A stretch of 64,000 nt of DNA, from NCBI GenBank assembly GCA_963662545.2, contig CAXXLL010000003.1, forward strand, positions 2,240,001 to 2,304,000, read 5' to 3'. The DNA is from Gammaproteobacteria bacterium. Lineage in GTDB: Bacteria; Pseudomonadota; Gammaproteobacteria; Ga0077536. Shown here piece after piece: positions 39,605-48,755 of the stretch. Position numbers and translations under genes: made by a program. The notes beneath the pieces were generated by a model. It did no database searches. It was not told the origin of the DNA and saw nothing but the letters and a program-made list of their open reading frames with translations. How positions within the stretch are numbered: the stretch's first letter is position 1; each line of letters starts with the position of its first letter.

Positions 39605-40171
39605 TCATTGATCCTGCGCCGCTATCCACTCCTCGCGCAGTAAACCGAAATTCAACAGGTCGCGTCGGTTACCGTCGGGCCCCACTGCGTGCTGGCGCAA
39701 CACACCTTCGCAGGTGAAACCCTGCGCCTTGTAGTTGAAGACCGAAGCAAAGTTGCGACCGTCGACCTGGCCGTGAACCTTGAATACCCTGAGATCCTCG
39801 AACAGAAACCGTAGGACCCGGGCGCGCACCTCCAATACCACGCGCCGCCCCCAGTAGGCCTTGTTGCCGATCACCGTGTTGGTTTTAGCGCAGCCCGCGG
39901 ACTCGAGAAAGATGGCGATAAAGCCGATCGGTAACGCTTCTTCTCCGGGGAATATGCCGAGGTGGAACCTCTGCCGGTTGTCGAAGTTACCGATATGGCG
40001 TAGCGCCTCACGCCTGCCCCAATGGCGCGGCTTCTGTCCTAGGCCGTCCTGAACTTCCGCATCGTTCCACCAACTGACATAAGTATCGGTGGCATCCGCC
40101 GCCGTCAGAGACCGTAATCGATAATTCTCGGTTTCCAATTGCAGAATCTGACCCGGCTTCCATTGGCTCAC
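39605..40171 (-). CDS. GNAT N-acyltransferase (RimJ/RimL/PseH-like)
   Basis: IGNKAYWGR, NFAS, GFTCEGVLRQH; GTGA overlap with the ligase stop codon. Confidence 0.85.
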   Translation of the reverse strand: MSQWKPGQILQLETENYRLRSLTAADATDTYVSWWNDAEVQDGLGQKPRHWGRREALRHIGNFDNRQRFHLGIFPGEEALPIGFIAIFLESAGCAKTNTVIGNKAYWGRRVVLEVRARVLRFLFEDLRVFKVHGQVDGRNFASVFNYKAQGFTCEGVLRQHAVGPDGNRRDLLNFGLLREEWIAAQDQ

Positions 40172-41637
40172 TTCTTTTCGCCCCGCAGGCACATTTCGCG
40201 CACGGTATCACGGTTGATCTTACCGCGATCCGTTTTCGGGAGCTCATCCACAATGAACCAGCGTTCGGGAACACATTCGCGGCGAATGTGCTCGATACAC
40301 CAGCGCCTGAGATCCTCTGCCGAAAGCTCGACTTGATCGTCCAATTTAACGGCCACCGCAACTACTTCACCCGCAATTTCATCCGGAAGCCCGAACGCAC
40401 AGGCTTCCAGCACGCCGTCGTGACGTTCCAACAACAGATCGATCTCTTCCGGCGATACTTTCATGCCGCCGCGATTGATCTCATGCTTTAGACGGCCGGT
40501 CAGACGAATAAAACCCTCATGATCGATCCTGCCGATATCACCCGTGCTGAACCAGCCGTCGCGCATGACCGCCGCAGTCAAGTCCGGCCGCCGGAAATAG
40601 CCGTTCATCAATGCCGGCGGCCGCAGCAGCAATTCACCCTCTCCACTCGACATAATCTTCCCATCGGGCGTGCGGATCGCCGCATCACCACCCCACATCG
40701 CGCCGACCAGGCCATCCTCAGGCACCCGCTCGCAGGCCGAGCTGCCCGCGATCCAATTGGCGGTTTCGGTAATCCCGTACATATTGCGAACATCCCGTGT
40801 ACCTGACCATTCGATAATCGCGCGGATCAGTTCCTTTGACACCGGGGCCGAGCCGACGTTGATCTGACACAGGCTGTTACGCGTCGGTGGCGGCGACATT
40901 TTCAGTGCGATCCTCCAAAACGACGGCACCGAACTCATAAAGGTAATTTCGTTCTCGTCGACCGTCGTACCCAATGCCGCGGCAGCGCGTACCCCTCCGC
41001 CTGGAGCGAGATACAGGTCCGCCTCCGCGAACAGGGGGGTCAGGCAATTGCCGATCAGTCCGTGGCCGAAATGGGTCGGCAAAACGCAGAGGCTTCGACC
41101 TAGGGTTTCATGAGCGATGTAACGGTGGTTGTAATCGATGCGAGCGCGCAGTGATCCGAAGTCATGGACGACGCCCTTGGGGTCGCCGGTGGTTCCTGAG
41201 GTAAACAGAATCAGTGCGGGATCGCCAGCACGGCAATTCAAGATCAATGGCGATTCGCGATCATCGCCTGGCAGCGCCAGGCCCGTTATCAGCCGGACGT
41301 TGCGGGAAAGCCGTGCTTGCAGCACGCGCTCACCCAATATGAGAGCGACCGGTTCCGTGAACGCCACGACGTTTGTCAGCTCGGAGTCGGTCAACGCGGG
41401 ATTCACGCATGCGGCGCAAGCGCCCAGCGACCACACCGCGAATAAATCGGCAAAGAACTCGGGCGTGCCCCCGTGAGCGATGATGACGCGGCTGCCGGGG
41501 CCGGCACCCGCTTCCGAGAAAAGCGCCCGACGCGCCTCGACGGCACCGCAGATCCCGCGTCCCGTCCACACCTTGTTGCGAACCAGGTCGTGGATCGACG
41601 CCAGCTCGCTCAGATCGAATTCGCTGTCGTTCAACAC
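40168..41637 (-). CDS. Class I adenylate-forming enzyme (acyl-AMP ligase)
   Basis: FTSGTTGDPKG, YGITE, TGDIG, LPKTDRGK. Confidence 0.92.
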   Translation of the reverse strand: MLNDSEFDLSELASIHDLVRNKVWTGRGICGAVEARRALFSEAGAGPGSRVIIAHGGTPEFFADLFAVWSLGACAACVNPALTDSELTNVVAFTEPVALILGERVLQARLSRNVRLITGLALPGDDRESPLILNCRAGDPALILFTSGTTGDPKGVVHDFGSLRARIDYNHRYIAHETLGRSLCVLPTHFGHGLIGNCLTPLFAEADLYLAPGGGVRAAAALGTTVDENEITFMSSVPSFWRIALKMSPPPTRNSLCQINVGSAPVSKELIRAIIEWSGTRDVRNMYGITETANWIAGSSACERVPEDGLVGAMWGGDAAIRTPDGKIMSSGEGELLLRPPALMNGYFRRPDLTAAVMRDGWFSTGDIGRIDHEGFIRLTGRLKHEINRGGMKVSPEEIDLLLERHDGVLEACAFGLPDEIAGEVVAVAVKLDDQVELSAEDLRRWCIEHIRRECVPERWFIVDELPKTDRGKINRDTVREMCLRGEKK

Positions 41638-41986
41638 TTCATTGCCTCAACGGCGACCAATGCTCGGGGCCGTTTCGATACACCGTTAAGCGGAGTTCTC
41701 ACCGCCAAGCCGAATGCCCGACTCAGCGAGTACAACCTGATGGCCGCGCAAACTCAAGCCGAATAGACCCTGGATTCCGTTCGAATCAGCAGGTTGCCCG
41801 AGATCATCGTCAAGCTACGCGTGACTATGCACTCGTTTCACGGATTGAGCCCTTTTATACTGCCCGTGCGCGCCGCTCTATACCGCCGGCACCTTCCGGA
41901 GGACGAAGCGAGGGCCGCGATGAGATCGTGCGAGTCGGCGCGCCTGCGGATTTCACTATCACGCGGACGTGAAAGGAGGATCCCCA

Positions 41987-42907
41987 GTGATGGTATCTAG
42001 TGACCGGACAACGAGCAAAATGGCGAGGCCCAGCGTAGGCATTGCCTTCATTGTTCGAGAAAAGTTCGGCTGGGCGCTGGCAGCCTTGAGACGAATCTAT
42101 CAATTGGTGGATACGCCTTTCACGCTCTACTTCGTCGATTGCGGATACCCGATCATCGTACGCAGGGAGATCGATGCATTTCTGGCGGGCCGGACGAACA
42201 AAGTTCACATCGCGGCCGAGCGTTTTCTGTACCCTAATGAATCGCTGAATCTGATCATTCCGCGGTTGCAGGAAGATTACCTGTGCATTATTCAGAACGA
42301 TGTACTCATCGAGCCCGGCTACATGAGCGCGATGCTTGCCACTTTCGACAAGTATGCTTGCGACATGGTGTGGCCGATGACCTTCGAGCTGCAAGGCGGC
42401 ATGCGCAAACCCCATCGCGATGAATTCACTGATACGCGAATCCGAGAAGTCGACGGCAGGCTGTTGGTCCAGGTACGCGAACCCCCACCGGCGGTGCCAC
42501 CCCCACCGGTTCGCCGGATCCAGCATTTCGAACTACATACCCTGATGCTGACGACTCGCGCGGCCAATCTCGTCTGGCCTTTCCCCGCGATCAATTCCCG
42601 TGAGCACATCGACCTTGCGGTGCACGCGTTTCGGCGCGGGATGACCGTGTACGCGAACGAAGACGCACGCGCGAGCTATGTGCTTCCACCCATCCGGGAT
42701 TACGATCAGGCGTTTTTCCGATTCCGGTGGGATTTACCGGTCGCCAAGGGCTCGCATGTGTGCGTTGCGCGTCGGTGGAATATCAATCCTTTTCCGGGTT
42801 CCTTGTACTTCGTGAAGCAGCATAATGGCTATGCGGCGCCGGACAGGGTGTTGCACGATCGACCGGAGGCCTGTGAACCAGACATATACGCACCGGAATC
42901 AGTGTGA
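41987..42907 (+). CDS. GT2-like (GT-A) glycosyltransferase
   Basis: FVDCG, IQNDV, FELH, REHIDL; AGGAGG RBS before GTG at 41987. Confidence 0.75.
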   Translation: MMVSSDRTTSKMARPSVGIAFIVREKFGWALAALRRIYQLVDTPFTLYFVDCGYPIIVRREIDAFLAGRTNKVHIAAERFLYPNESLNLIIPRLQEDYLCIIQNDVLIEPGYMSAMLATFDKYACDMVWPMTFELQGGMRKPHRDEFTDTRIREVDGRLLVQVREPPPAVPPPPVRRIQHFELHTLMLTTRAANLVWPFPAINSREHIDLAVHAFRRGMTVYANEDARASYVLPPIRDYDQAFFRFRWDLPVAKGSHVCVARRWNINPFPGSLYFVKQHNGYAAPDRVLHDRPEACEPDIYAPESV

Positions 42908-43000
42908 TCACAAAAGCGGAAACCCGCTGTTGAAGTTATGGCTCGCCGGTCCTGAACTCCACTTTGGCCACGTCTTGTTCCAAAGAGAAGTGAAGAGATT

Positions 43001-44215
43001 TCAAGTCGAGTTCGTCCCGTCATTACTTGGCAACAAAGAGGTAATTGTTTCCAGGATGGAGTCCGTCAGCGTTTCTCCTCTAAACCCGCGATAAGAAGCG
43101 GCGAATTTTCGCGCCGACGCCTTATAAGTTTCCATATTGCACAGCATGTCCAGCTTCAACTCCATGCTCTTTGGTTGGCGTCTGGGCGCCGACAGGCCGG
43201 CGCCCAGACGTTCTACGTTTCGAGCTACCAGACTTTGTTCTGCGTGTAAGGGCAACAGCAGGAGTGGTATCCCGGAAAGCAGTAACTGAGTCGTAGCGCC
43301 GTGGGTCGCATTACAGATGGCAACGTCGGCAGTCCGACCTACCGCGTCCATGTCAAGCGGCCGCTGGACGAACCGCAAAGACTCCGAGGCGTATTGCCGC
43401 TCGATGTCCGGCGGAATCTTGTCACCGAAAATCAAGGTGGGATGCCTCTTGCGGTTCAGGGTGGCCAACAACATCGGCAGCGTACTGAACGGTTTCAGAT
43501 AGGCGAAAACCCCTGGCCCCGGGCATGCCGGCCATTTCGGTTCGTCTCCGGGCGGTGATTTCAGAATTCCTACGTACTTGGCGTTCGGTCGTTCAGGGTA
43601 ATGATCCATCTCGGGCAGCGTGCGTAGAAGTTTCTCATCCGCGTCAAGCAACTCTCCAAATCGCGTCAGCCCTCTGAGCTCATTGAGCTCCAGCGCCTCG
43701 TTGATGGTGCGAAGTACATTGTCTTCAAAGGCCAGCAGTTCGCTCTCGTCCTGCTGTGGGTCCTCTTCGGATTGCAGACACGGGATGGGACTAACATCCG
43801 GAGGAAGGTGAAAACCGGTGCCGATCGCAATACGTCGTGCCCGGCTGCCCCTGGCTGCCAACATGGCCGTCGGACTGTAATCGAACACCAGTAAATCGGG
43901 GTCGATCAAAGCGTAAAGATTCTTCCAGGCGGCAATCATGCTGGCCAAGCGACCTGCATCGTCATATCCGTTGTTATGCAGGATCTTGGCGTAGGTGTTA
44001 ATCGGCATGATGACATTGACGTGGCGCGGCAGGACCATCGGAGCCTGGTACCACTTCGTTTTAAAGCCTCCGAACTGGTCGTGGGCCTTGTGCAGCGACC
44101 TCAGAGCAAAACTGACCTGGTGACCCTGATCCTCGAGCTGCGATATCAGTTCGATATAGGGGGTTGTGTGTCCGGTGCCCTGACCGAGTTCCCAGGTGAA
44201 CAGTATTTTTGCCAA
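43001..44215 (-). CDS. GT-B glycosyltransferase (GT1/GT28-like)
   Basis: WELGQGTGH N-terminus, DYSPTA, ICNATHG...GIPLLLLP..AEQ donor-binding segment. Confidence 0.8.
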   Translation of the reverse strand: MAKILFTWELGQGTGHTTPYIELISQLEDQGHQVSFALRSLHKAHDQFGGFKTKWYQAPMVLPRHVNVIMPINTYAKILHNNGYDDAGRLASMIAAWKNLYALIDPDLLVFDYSPTAMLAARGSRARRIAIGTGFHLPPDVSPIPCLQSEEDPQQDESELLAFEDNVLRTINEALELNELRGLTRFGELLDADEKLLRTLPEMDHYPERPNAKYVGILKSPPGDEPKWPACPGPGVFAYLKPFSTLPMLLATLNRKRHPTLIFGDKIPPDIERQYASESLRFVQRPLDMDAVGRTADVAICNATHGATTQLLLSGIPLLLLPLHAEQSLVARNVERLGAGLSAPRRQPKSMELKLDMLCNMETYKASARKFAASYRGFRGETLTDSILETITSLLPSNDGTNST

Positions 44216-44219
44216 GCCC

Positions 44220-45596
44220 TTACTCCACAGCCATTGAGTCCGCAACCCATTTTGAGAACGCCTCATCGAGTTGCCGGGCAGCCGCTTCCCATGATTCATA
44301 TTCGGTTTGGCGAAAGATCCTCATCGATGGGTACCACGGGGTCGTATCCGCCCCGAAGGCACCCCAGCGCCAATCCGAATAATGGATCAACATTAACCAG
44401 ACCGGCACGCCGAGCGCACCTGCCTGGTGGGCCGCCGCAGTGTCGATCGTAATGATCAAGTCCAGCTCTTTCATCAGCGCGCCGGAATCATGAAAATCAT
44501 GGATTCGCGATGATAGATCGGTGATCAGCCAGTCCACTGCCAGCGCCCGCATCTGTTTTTTTTCATCGCCCAGTTGCAGGCTATAAAAAGAAACCTTGCG
44601 ATGGCGCAGTAACGGCGCGTAATACGAGAGAGGAATGGAACGATCCGGCATCGGCTTGCCCGCCCAGACCAGGCCTATTTTGAGCTGCGTCTCCCTGCGC
44701 ATTTCCAGCCCCGGTCTTTCTAGCGATGCGTCGACATCCAGGTAACTGGTGATGCGGACGTCCTCCACACTGTAGTTGAGAATCGCAGGGATGCTGGTCA
44801 CTAATTGACAGTAATCGTAATCCGGCACGGGATCTTTGTACTCAATCAACTCGATGCCCCCTCCGAGGGACCGGAATAGGCGCATGAGCTCATGCGGTGT
44901 CTGCAGAATGACTCGCGCACCCATTTCAATGAGTTTCGGCACAAAACGACTGAACTGGATGACATCACCAAAGCGTTGCTCGTAGGCGAGAAAAATCGTC
45001 TTACCCTGCAGCGGTTGACCGGTCCACTTTTCGCCGATCAATTCCGGAAACGTGGTCGTCGGATGGTGCACGCGTGCCTCGTAGTCTTCCCACGCATTCT
45101 GGTAATCCCCCAGCGTCAACCGAGCCACCGCCCGCAGCCATTGGCTGATCGCCTTGATGTCGTCCGCGTCCTCTTCGCCCGCGAGTATCGTGTCGAAATA
45201 TTCCAGGGCCTGCCTGCTTTCGTTCATTCGAAGCAGTTGCTCGCCCTTATTGAACAAGGCGTAGATATTATCTGGCTCCAGCGTCAGCGCCTTGTCGAAT
45301 GCTTCCATGCTTTCGGTCCTTCTCCCCATGTTCCTGAGACACACGCCCAGTGTGGAGTAAATACTGGCGTTATCGGCTTGGAGCGCGGCCGCTCTTTGCA
45401 ACGCGACTACCGCCGCCTCCTTGCGATCGATTTCATTTAGGAGAACGCCCGCTTTGTAATAGGCGAGCCAGTGCCGGGGGGCGTTTAGGGTAAGCCGAAT
45501 GTAGGCATCGATGGCCTGGGGGTATTGCTTGGCCTTGCGCAGGGCCTCGGCCTGTTCGAATAATTTCTCCAGTTCGGCGGTATGACTTGCGGCCAT
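44220..45596 (-). CDS. TPR-repeat GT9-like glycosyltransferase
   Basis: N-terminal TPRs; EQRFGDVIQFSRF, GLVWAG, DLIITIDTAAAHQAGALG, DWRW. Confidence 0.88.
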   Translation of the reverse strand: MAASHTAELEKLFEQAEALRKAKQYPQAIDAYIRLTLNAPRHWLAYYKAGVLLNEIDRKEAAVVALQRAAALQADNASIYSTLGVCLRNMGRRTESMEAFDKALTLEPDNIYALFNKGEQLLRMNESRQALEYFDTILAGEEDADDIKAISQWLRAVARLTLGDYQNAWEDYEARVHHPTTTFPELIGEKWTGQPLQGKTIFLAYEQRFGDVIQFSRFVPKLIEMGARVILQTPHELMRLFRSLGGGIELIEYKDPVPDYDYCQLVTSIPAILNYSVEDVRITSYLDVDASLERPGLEMRRETQLKIGLVWAGKPMPDRSIPLSYYAPLLRHRKVSFYSLQLGDEKKQMRALAVDWLITDLSSRIHDFHDSGALMKELDLIITIDTAAAHQAGALGVPVWLMLIHYSDWRWGAFGADTTPWYPSMRIFRQTEYESWEAAARQLDEAFSKWVADSMAVE

Positions 45597-45620
45597 GAGG
45601 GTGCGCCCAGAAAATTCCTT

Positions 45621-46382
45621 CTAGAAAATGAAATACCGGCCGTAGGGCGTACCCTGAAAATGATCCTGTAATTCGGGATAGTTGACAATTTCTTCGTTCG
45701 GACGAAGGCGTGCAATCTTACGCAGATGTGGTTTCGCCTCGATCGCGTGGTCGACCCCCAGAAAAGAAAATACTCTAACCATGGTCGTAGTGAAATTCTC
45801 GCTAATATCCGTGTATTCAACATCGAGTATACGGTGTGTTTGCTCGATATCTTCGAATGCTGACAGAGTTTTTTCGAATCGCTGAAACAGGGATTTGCAT
45901 TCGTGCGGAGGCAAAACGAAGCGAGGACTCTTTTCGATGTTTTCCGGGCTATGCCAGCGGCGGGTGATCCTTGCTCGTACGTAAGAACACACGATCTCGA
46001 GCAGGTTTTCTCTCTGGGTTCGAACGATCTTGATCTCGCTACGGTCGCTGATATAACGCCAGACATCGCTGTTCGGGCCATTCAGAGCCTGGTCGTAGAG
46101 GAGCTTGAATCCAACTGCTTTAGCCGGCCTCTCGACGGCGTAAAACTCTTCGATGTAGGCGCGACCGCTTTCGTTTTGCTCACACGGACGCACAGGCTGC
46201 GTCGGCGCATTTGCGATCTTCCATCCCGCTCCCAAGGTAAGCCGTGCCGCCTCATTTTTCCGGACTCCGATCACGTCGTTGAATAATTCACCGTAAAACC
46301 GTACTTCCGGGTGCGTTATGAGCGATCCGCCGATAACCGTCGTGCCCGAGCGGGCACACCCGCTCAGTATGAAATTAACCAT
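45621..46382 (-). CDS. Sulfotransferase (Stf0-like)
   Basis: ARSGTT PAPS-binding loop, YGELF, GFKLLY, RENLL..VCS. Confidence 0.8.
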   Translation of the reverse strand: MVNFILSGCARSGTTVIGGSLITHPEVRFYGELFNDVIGVRKNEAARLTLGAGWKIANAPTQPVRPCEQNESGRAYIEEFYAVERPAKAVGFKLLYDQALNGPNSDVWRYISDRSEIKIVRTQRENLLEIVCSYVRARITRRWHSPENIEKSPRFVLPPHECKSLFQRFEKTLSAFEDIEQTHRILDVEYTDISENFTTTMVRVFSFLGVDHAIEAKPHLRKIARLRPNEEIVNYPELQDHFQGTPYGRYFIF

Positions 46383-46436
46383 GGGCGAAAAGTCCGTGAC
46401 TCCTGCTCGCGCGTATACGCGTCCTTGTCATCGCTT

Positions 46437-47915
46437 TCACTGACCCGGCTGCGGGCGGCGAACGGTAAACTTCTCCAGCGCCTTTGAAGGATCTGGCCGC
46501 GCAAGGATAGTTTCGAGGGCAAGCTTTACGGCGCTGATCACCCTGTTCCATGAGCGCGTATGGTCCTGTCGAAACAGGCGCACTGACCAATACCAGTCCG
46601 AGTGACAACCGTCCGGGCCCCAGCGCCAGTCGGGTGCTTTAGCCAGCAGGACCCAGGTTGGCCTGCCCAGCGTGCCTGCCAGGTGAGCGATGGCGGTATC
46701 GGACGTGATGATCAGATCGAGCGCCTGCATCTCGGCCGCGGTCTCGGCAAAGTCGCTCAGTTCAGCAGTTAGATTGACCATGTCGAAGGCATTCGCCTGC
46801 TCGGCGAGCGGCCCGGTTTGGAGTGAGAAAAATTGAGCCTGTGCGACCTCGAAGAGCGGCTCGAACGCGGCAATGGGCACGGACCTCAGAAAATTATCAC
46901 GAAACTCGAGCCGCCCGCTCCAGGCCACCCCGATCCGGAGTCTGGCCGTCGGTGCGGCGTGACGGACCTTCTCTGCCCAGCGCGCATTTGCGTCCTCGGG
47001 AATGCGTAACAATTCCCGGCAATCCGGAATATTGTGTGGTCGAGTGGCAAACAATCGGGGGAGTCCGGACAGCGTGCTGTATGCACCCGCCCGCGGAACA
47101 TCTCTCCATTGGGTATAACTCTCCGCGACGCCCGGGACTGTGTCCAGAATTCGTGCCATTGGTTCGCTGCGAACCAAAATGACTTTACCGCAGCGTTCTG
47201 ACACCAGCGGTATGTAACGGCAAAATTGAAAACAATCACCGTAACCCTGATCCGCGATCAAAAGCACGGCGTCATCGAGAGTCTTGCCGTCCCAGTGCGG
47301 AATCTTGAATTTAGGGAGAAGTGAACGGCTGCTGCGCAGGTGATACCGCGTTTCGTACTCCATCCACCCGGCGCGCCATTTTCCTCGCATGAGTAAGGCG
47401 TGCGCCAGTTCCATGTGCGCTGCGGCGAAATCCCGGTGATCAGTGACTAAATGTACCAAGGTTTGGGTCGCCGCCTCGAACTCGCACTGCTGGTAGTAGA
47501 TGCGGCTTTTCAGTAGCTGAACGTCCGGGTCCGCCCGGCGCTCAGGATCTATTTCGCCGAATGCGGCCTGTGCATCTTCGATGCGACCTATCTTCAGGAG
47601 GTCCGACGAATAGGACACCCATAACGCTTTGTTCCCCGGTCTCAGGCGCGTTGCCTTGTGCATGAGTTCGACGGCCGCAAGGCAGTTATTCAATTGGCGC
47701 TGGACCATTGCCGCGAGGGCCAGTATTTCGACGTCGTCGGGCGCCGATGAAAGGAGCCGATCGCTCAATGGCAATGCGTCATCGAGACTGCGGGCTTGTA
47801 TCAACTGGCGAAGCCGGATCCGATCCTGAGAATCCACAAGCTGCCCCGTGGCCACGGACGCACCGTCTTGTGTTGCCGCGTCCCCGGACGACGCGTGGGA
47901 TTTTAAGGCAACCAT
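46437..47915 (-). CDS. TPR-repeat GT9-like glycosyltransferase
   Basis: TPRs; DQGYGDCFQFCRY, GVAWSG, DLIITSDTAIAHLAGTLG, DWRW. Confidence 0.88.
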   Translation of the reverse strand: MVALKSHASSGDAATQDGASVATGQLVDSQDRIRLRQLIQARSLDDALPLSDRLLSSAPDDVEILALAAMVQRQLNNCLAAVELMHKATRLRPGNKALWVSYSSDLLKIGRIEDAQAAFGEIDPERRADPDVQLLKSRIYYQQCEFEAATQTLVHLVTDHRDFAAAHMELAHALLMRGKWRAGWMEYETRYHLRSSRSLLPKFKIPHWDGKTLDDAVLLIADQGYGDCFQFCRYIPLVSERCGKVILVRSEPMARILDTVPGVAESYTQWRDVPRAGAYSTLSGLPRLFATRPHNIPDCRELLRIPEDANARWAEKVRHAAPTARLRIGVAWSGRLEFRDNFLRSVPIAAFEPLFEVAQAQFFSLQTGPLAEQANAFDMVNLTAELSDFAETAAEMQALDLIITSDTAIAHLAGTLGRPTWVLLAKAPDWRWGPDGCHSDWYWSVRLFRQDHTRSWNRVISAVKLALETILARPDPSKALEKFTVRRPQPGQ

Positions 47916-48739
47916 AGCTTGGCCAGCTCCGGCCAGTCCCGCACCCAGCAACACGAATGATCAAATGCTTCGATGCGCTTGACCTGCGGCTGGTGAGATG
48001 CGGGAAACCGCGCGCGATAGCTGTTGGCCGTTGCCTCGGTAACGTTTTTATCCTTACCGCCGATCAGGTGAAGCTGTGGAAGATCAAGCAGTGACGATGC
48101 GAAATCGGCGGGGTTCAGCGAATCGTGCAGCGGTGTGATTTGATGCTCGCGGGTCCAGCTTTGATGATCGAGCATGCCGGCCACCGTAACCAGTTGAATC
48201 ACATCGTCTCGCCGCGCCGCCAGCAACGCGGCAACGGCACCCCCTCCGGAGTAACCGACCAGTCGAAGCTTATCTGCGCCAAACATTGCCATGAGCGCAT
48301 CCAGCGCCTGGCTGCTCGCCTCGACGACATCGCCGGAATATCTTCCGGCCGTCCAAACGTGCTTTTCGCACCCGTTCCGATCGGTATCCGCTATGAACTG
48401 GCACGGGCGGGCGAGGTAGGCCACGGCGCCATAGGGGTGTCGCATCGCAAGCTCTAAGCCGACCGGGTTGATCGGGGTCGGGTCACCGGAGGAGCGGCTC
48501 CCACTGATCCAGGCCAAGCCGTCACCCTCGATATAGACGGTCAGCGTTTTCGCGCGCTGCGGTGCCTGAGGCAAAAAACCTGTGAGGATGAACGGTTCGG
48601 TCTTTAGGCGCACTGATTTCCACTCAGCGGTATGGGCAAGATTCAAGGCGTGGTCGTGGCGCGACTGGCTGGATGGTACGAGGTGCGTACAGCTTGCGAC
48701 AGCGGTTATAAACAATGCAGACAGCGTTCCCCGCAACAT
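47903..48739 (-). CDS. Alpha/beta hydrolase lipoprotein
   Basis: Lipobox VASC, YIEGDG, ARPCQ, GYSGG nucleophile elbow, DH.CCW. Confidence 0.85.
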   Translation of the reverse strand: MLRGTLSALFITAVASCTHLVPSSQSRHDHALNLAHTAEWKSVRLKTEPFILTGFLPQAPQRAKTLTVYIEGDGLAWISGSRSSGDPTPINPVGLELAMRHPYGAVAYLARPCQFIADTDRNGCEKHVWTAGRYSGDVVEASSQALDALMAMFGADKLRLVGYSGGGAVAALLAARRDDVIQLVTVAGMLDHQSWTREHQITPLHDSLNPADFASSLLDLPQLHLIGGKDKNVTEATANSYRARFPASHQPQVKRIEAFDHSCCWVRDWPELAKLWLP

Positions 48740-48755
48740 CGCAATGACCGGCGCG

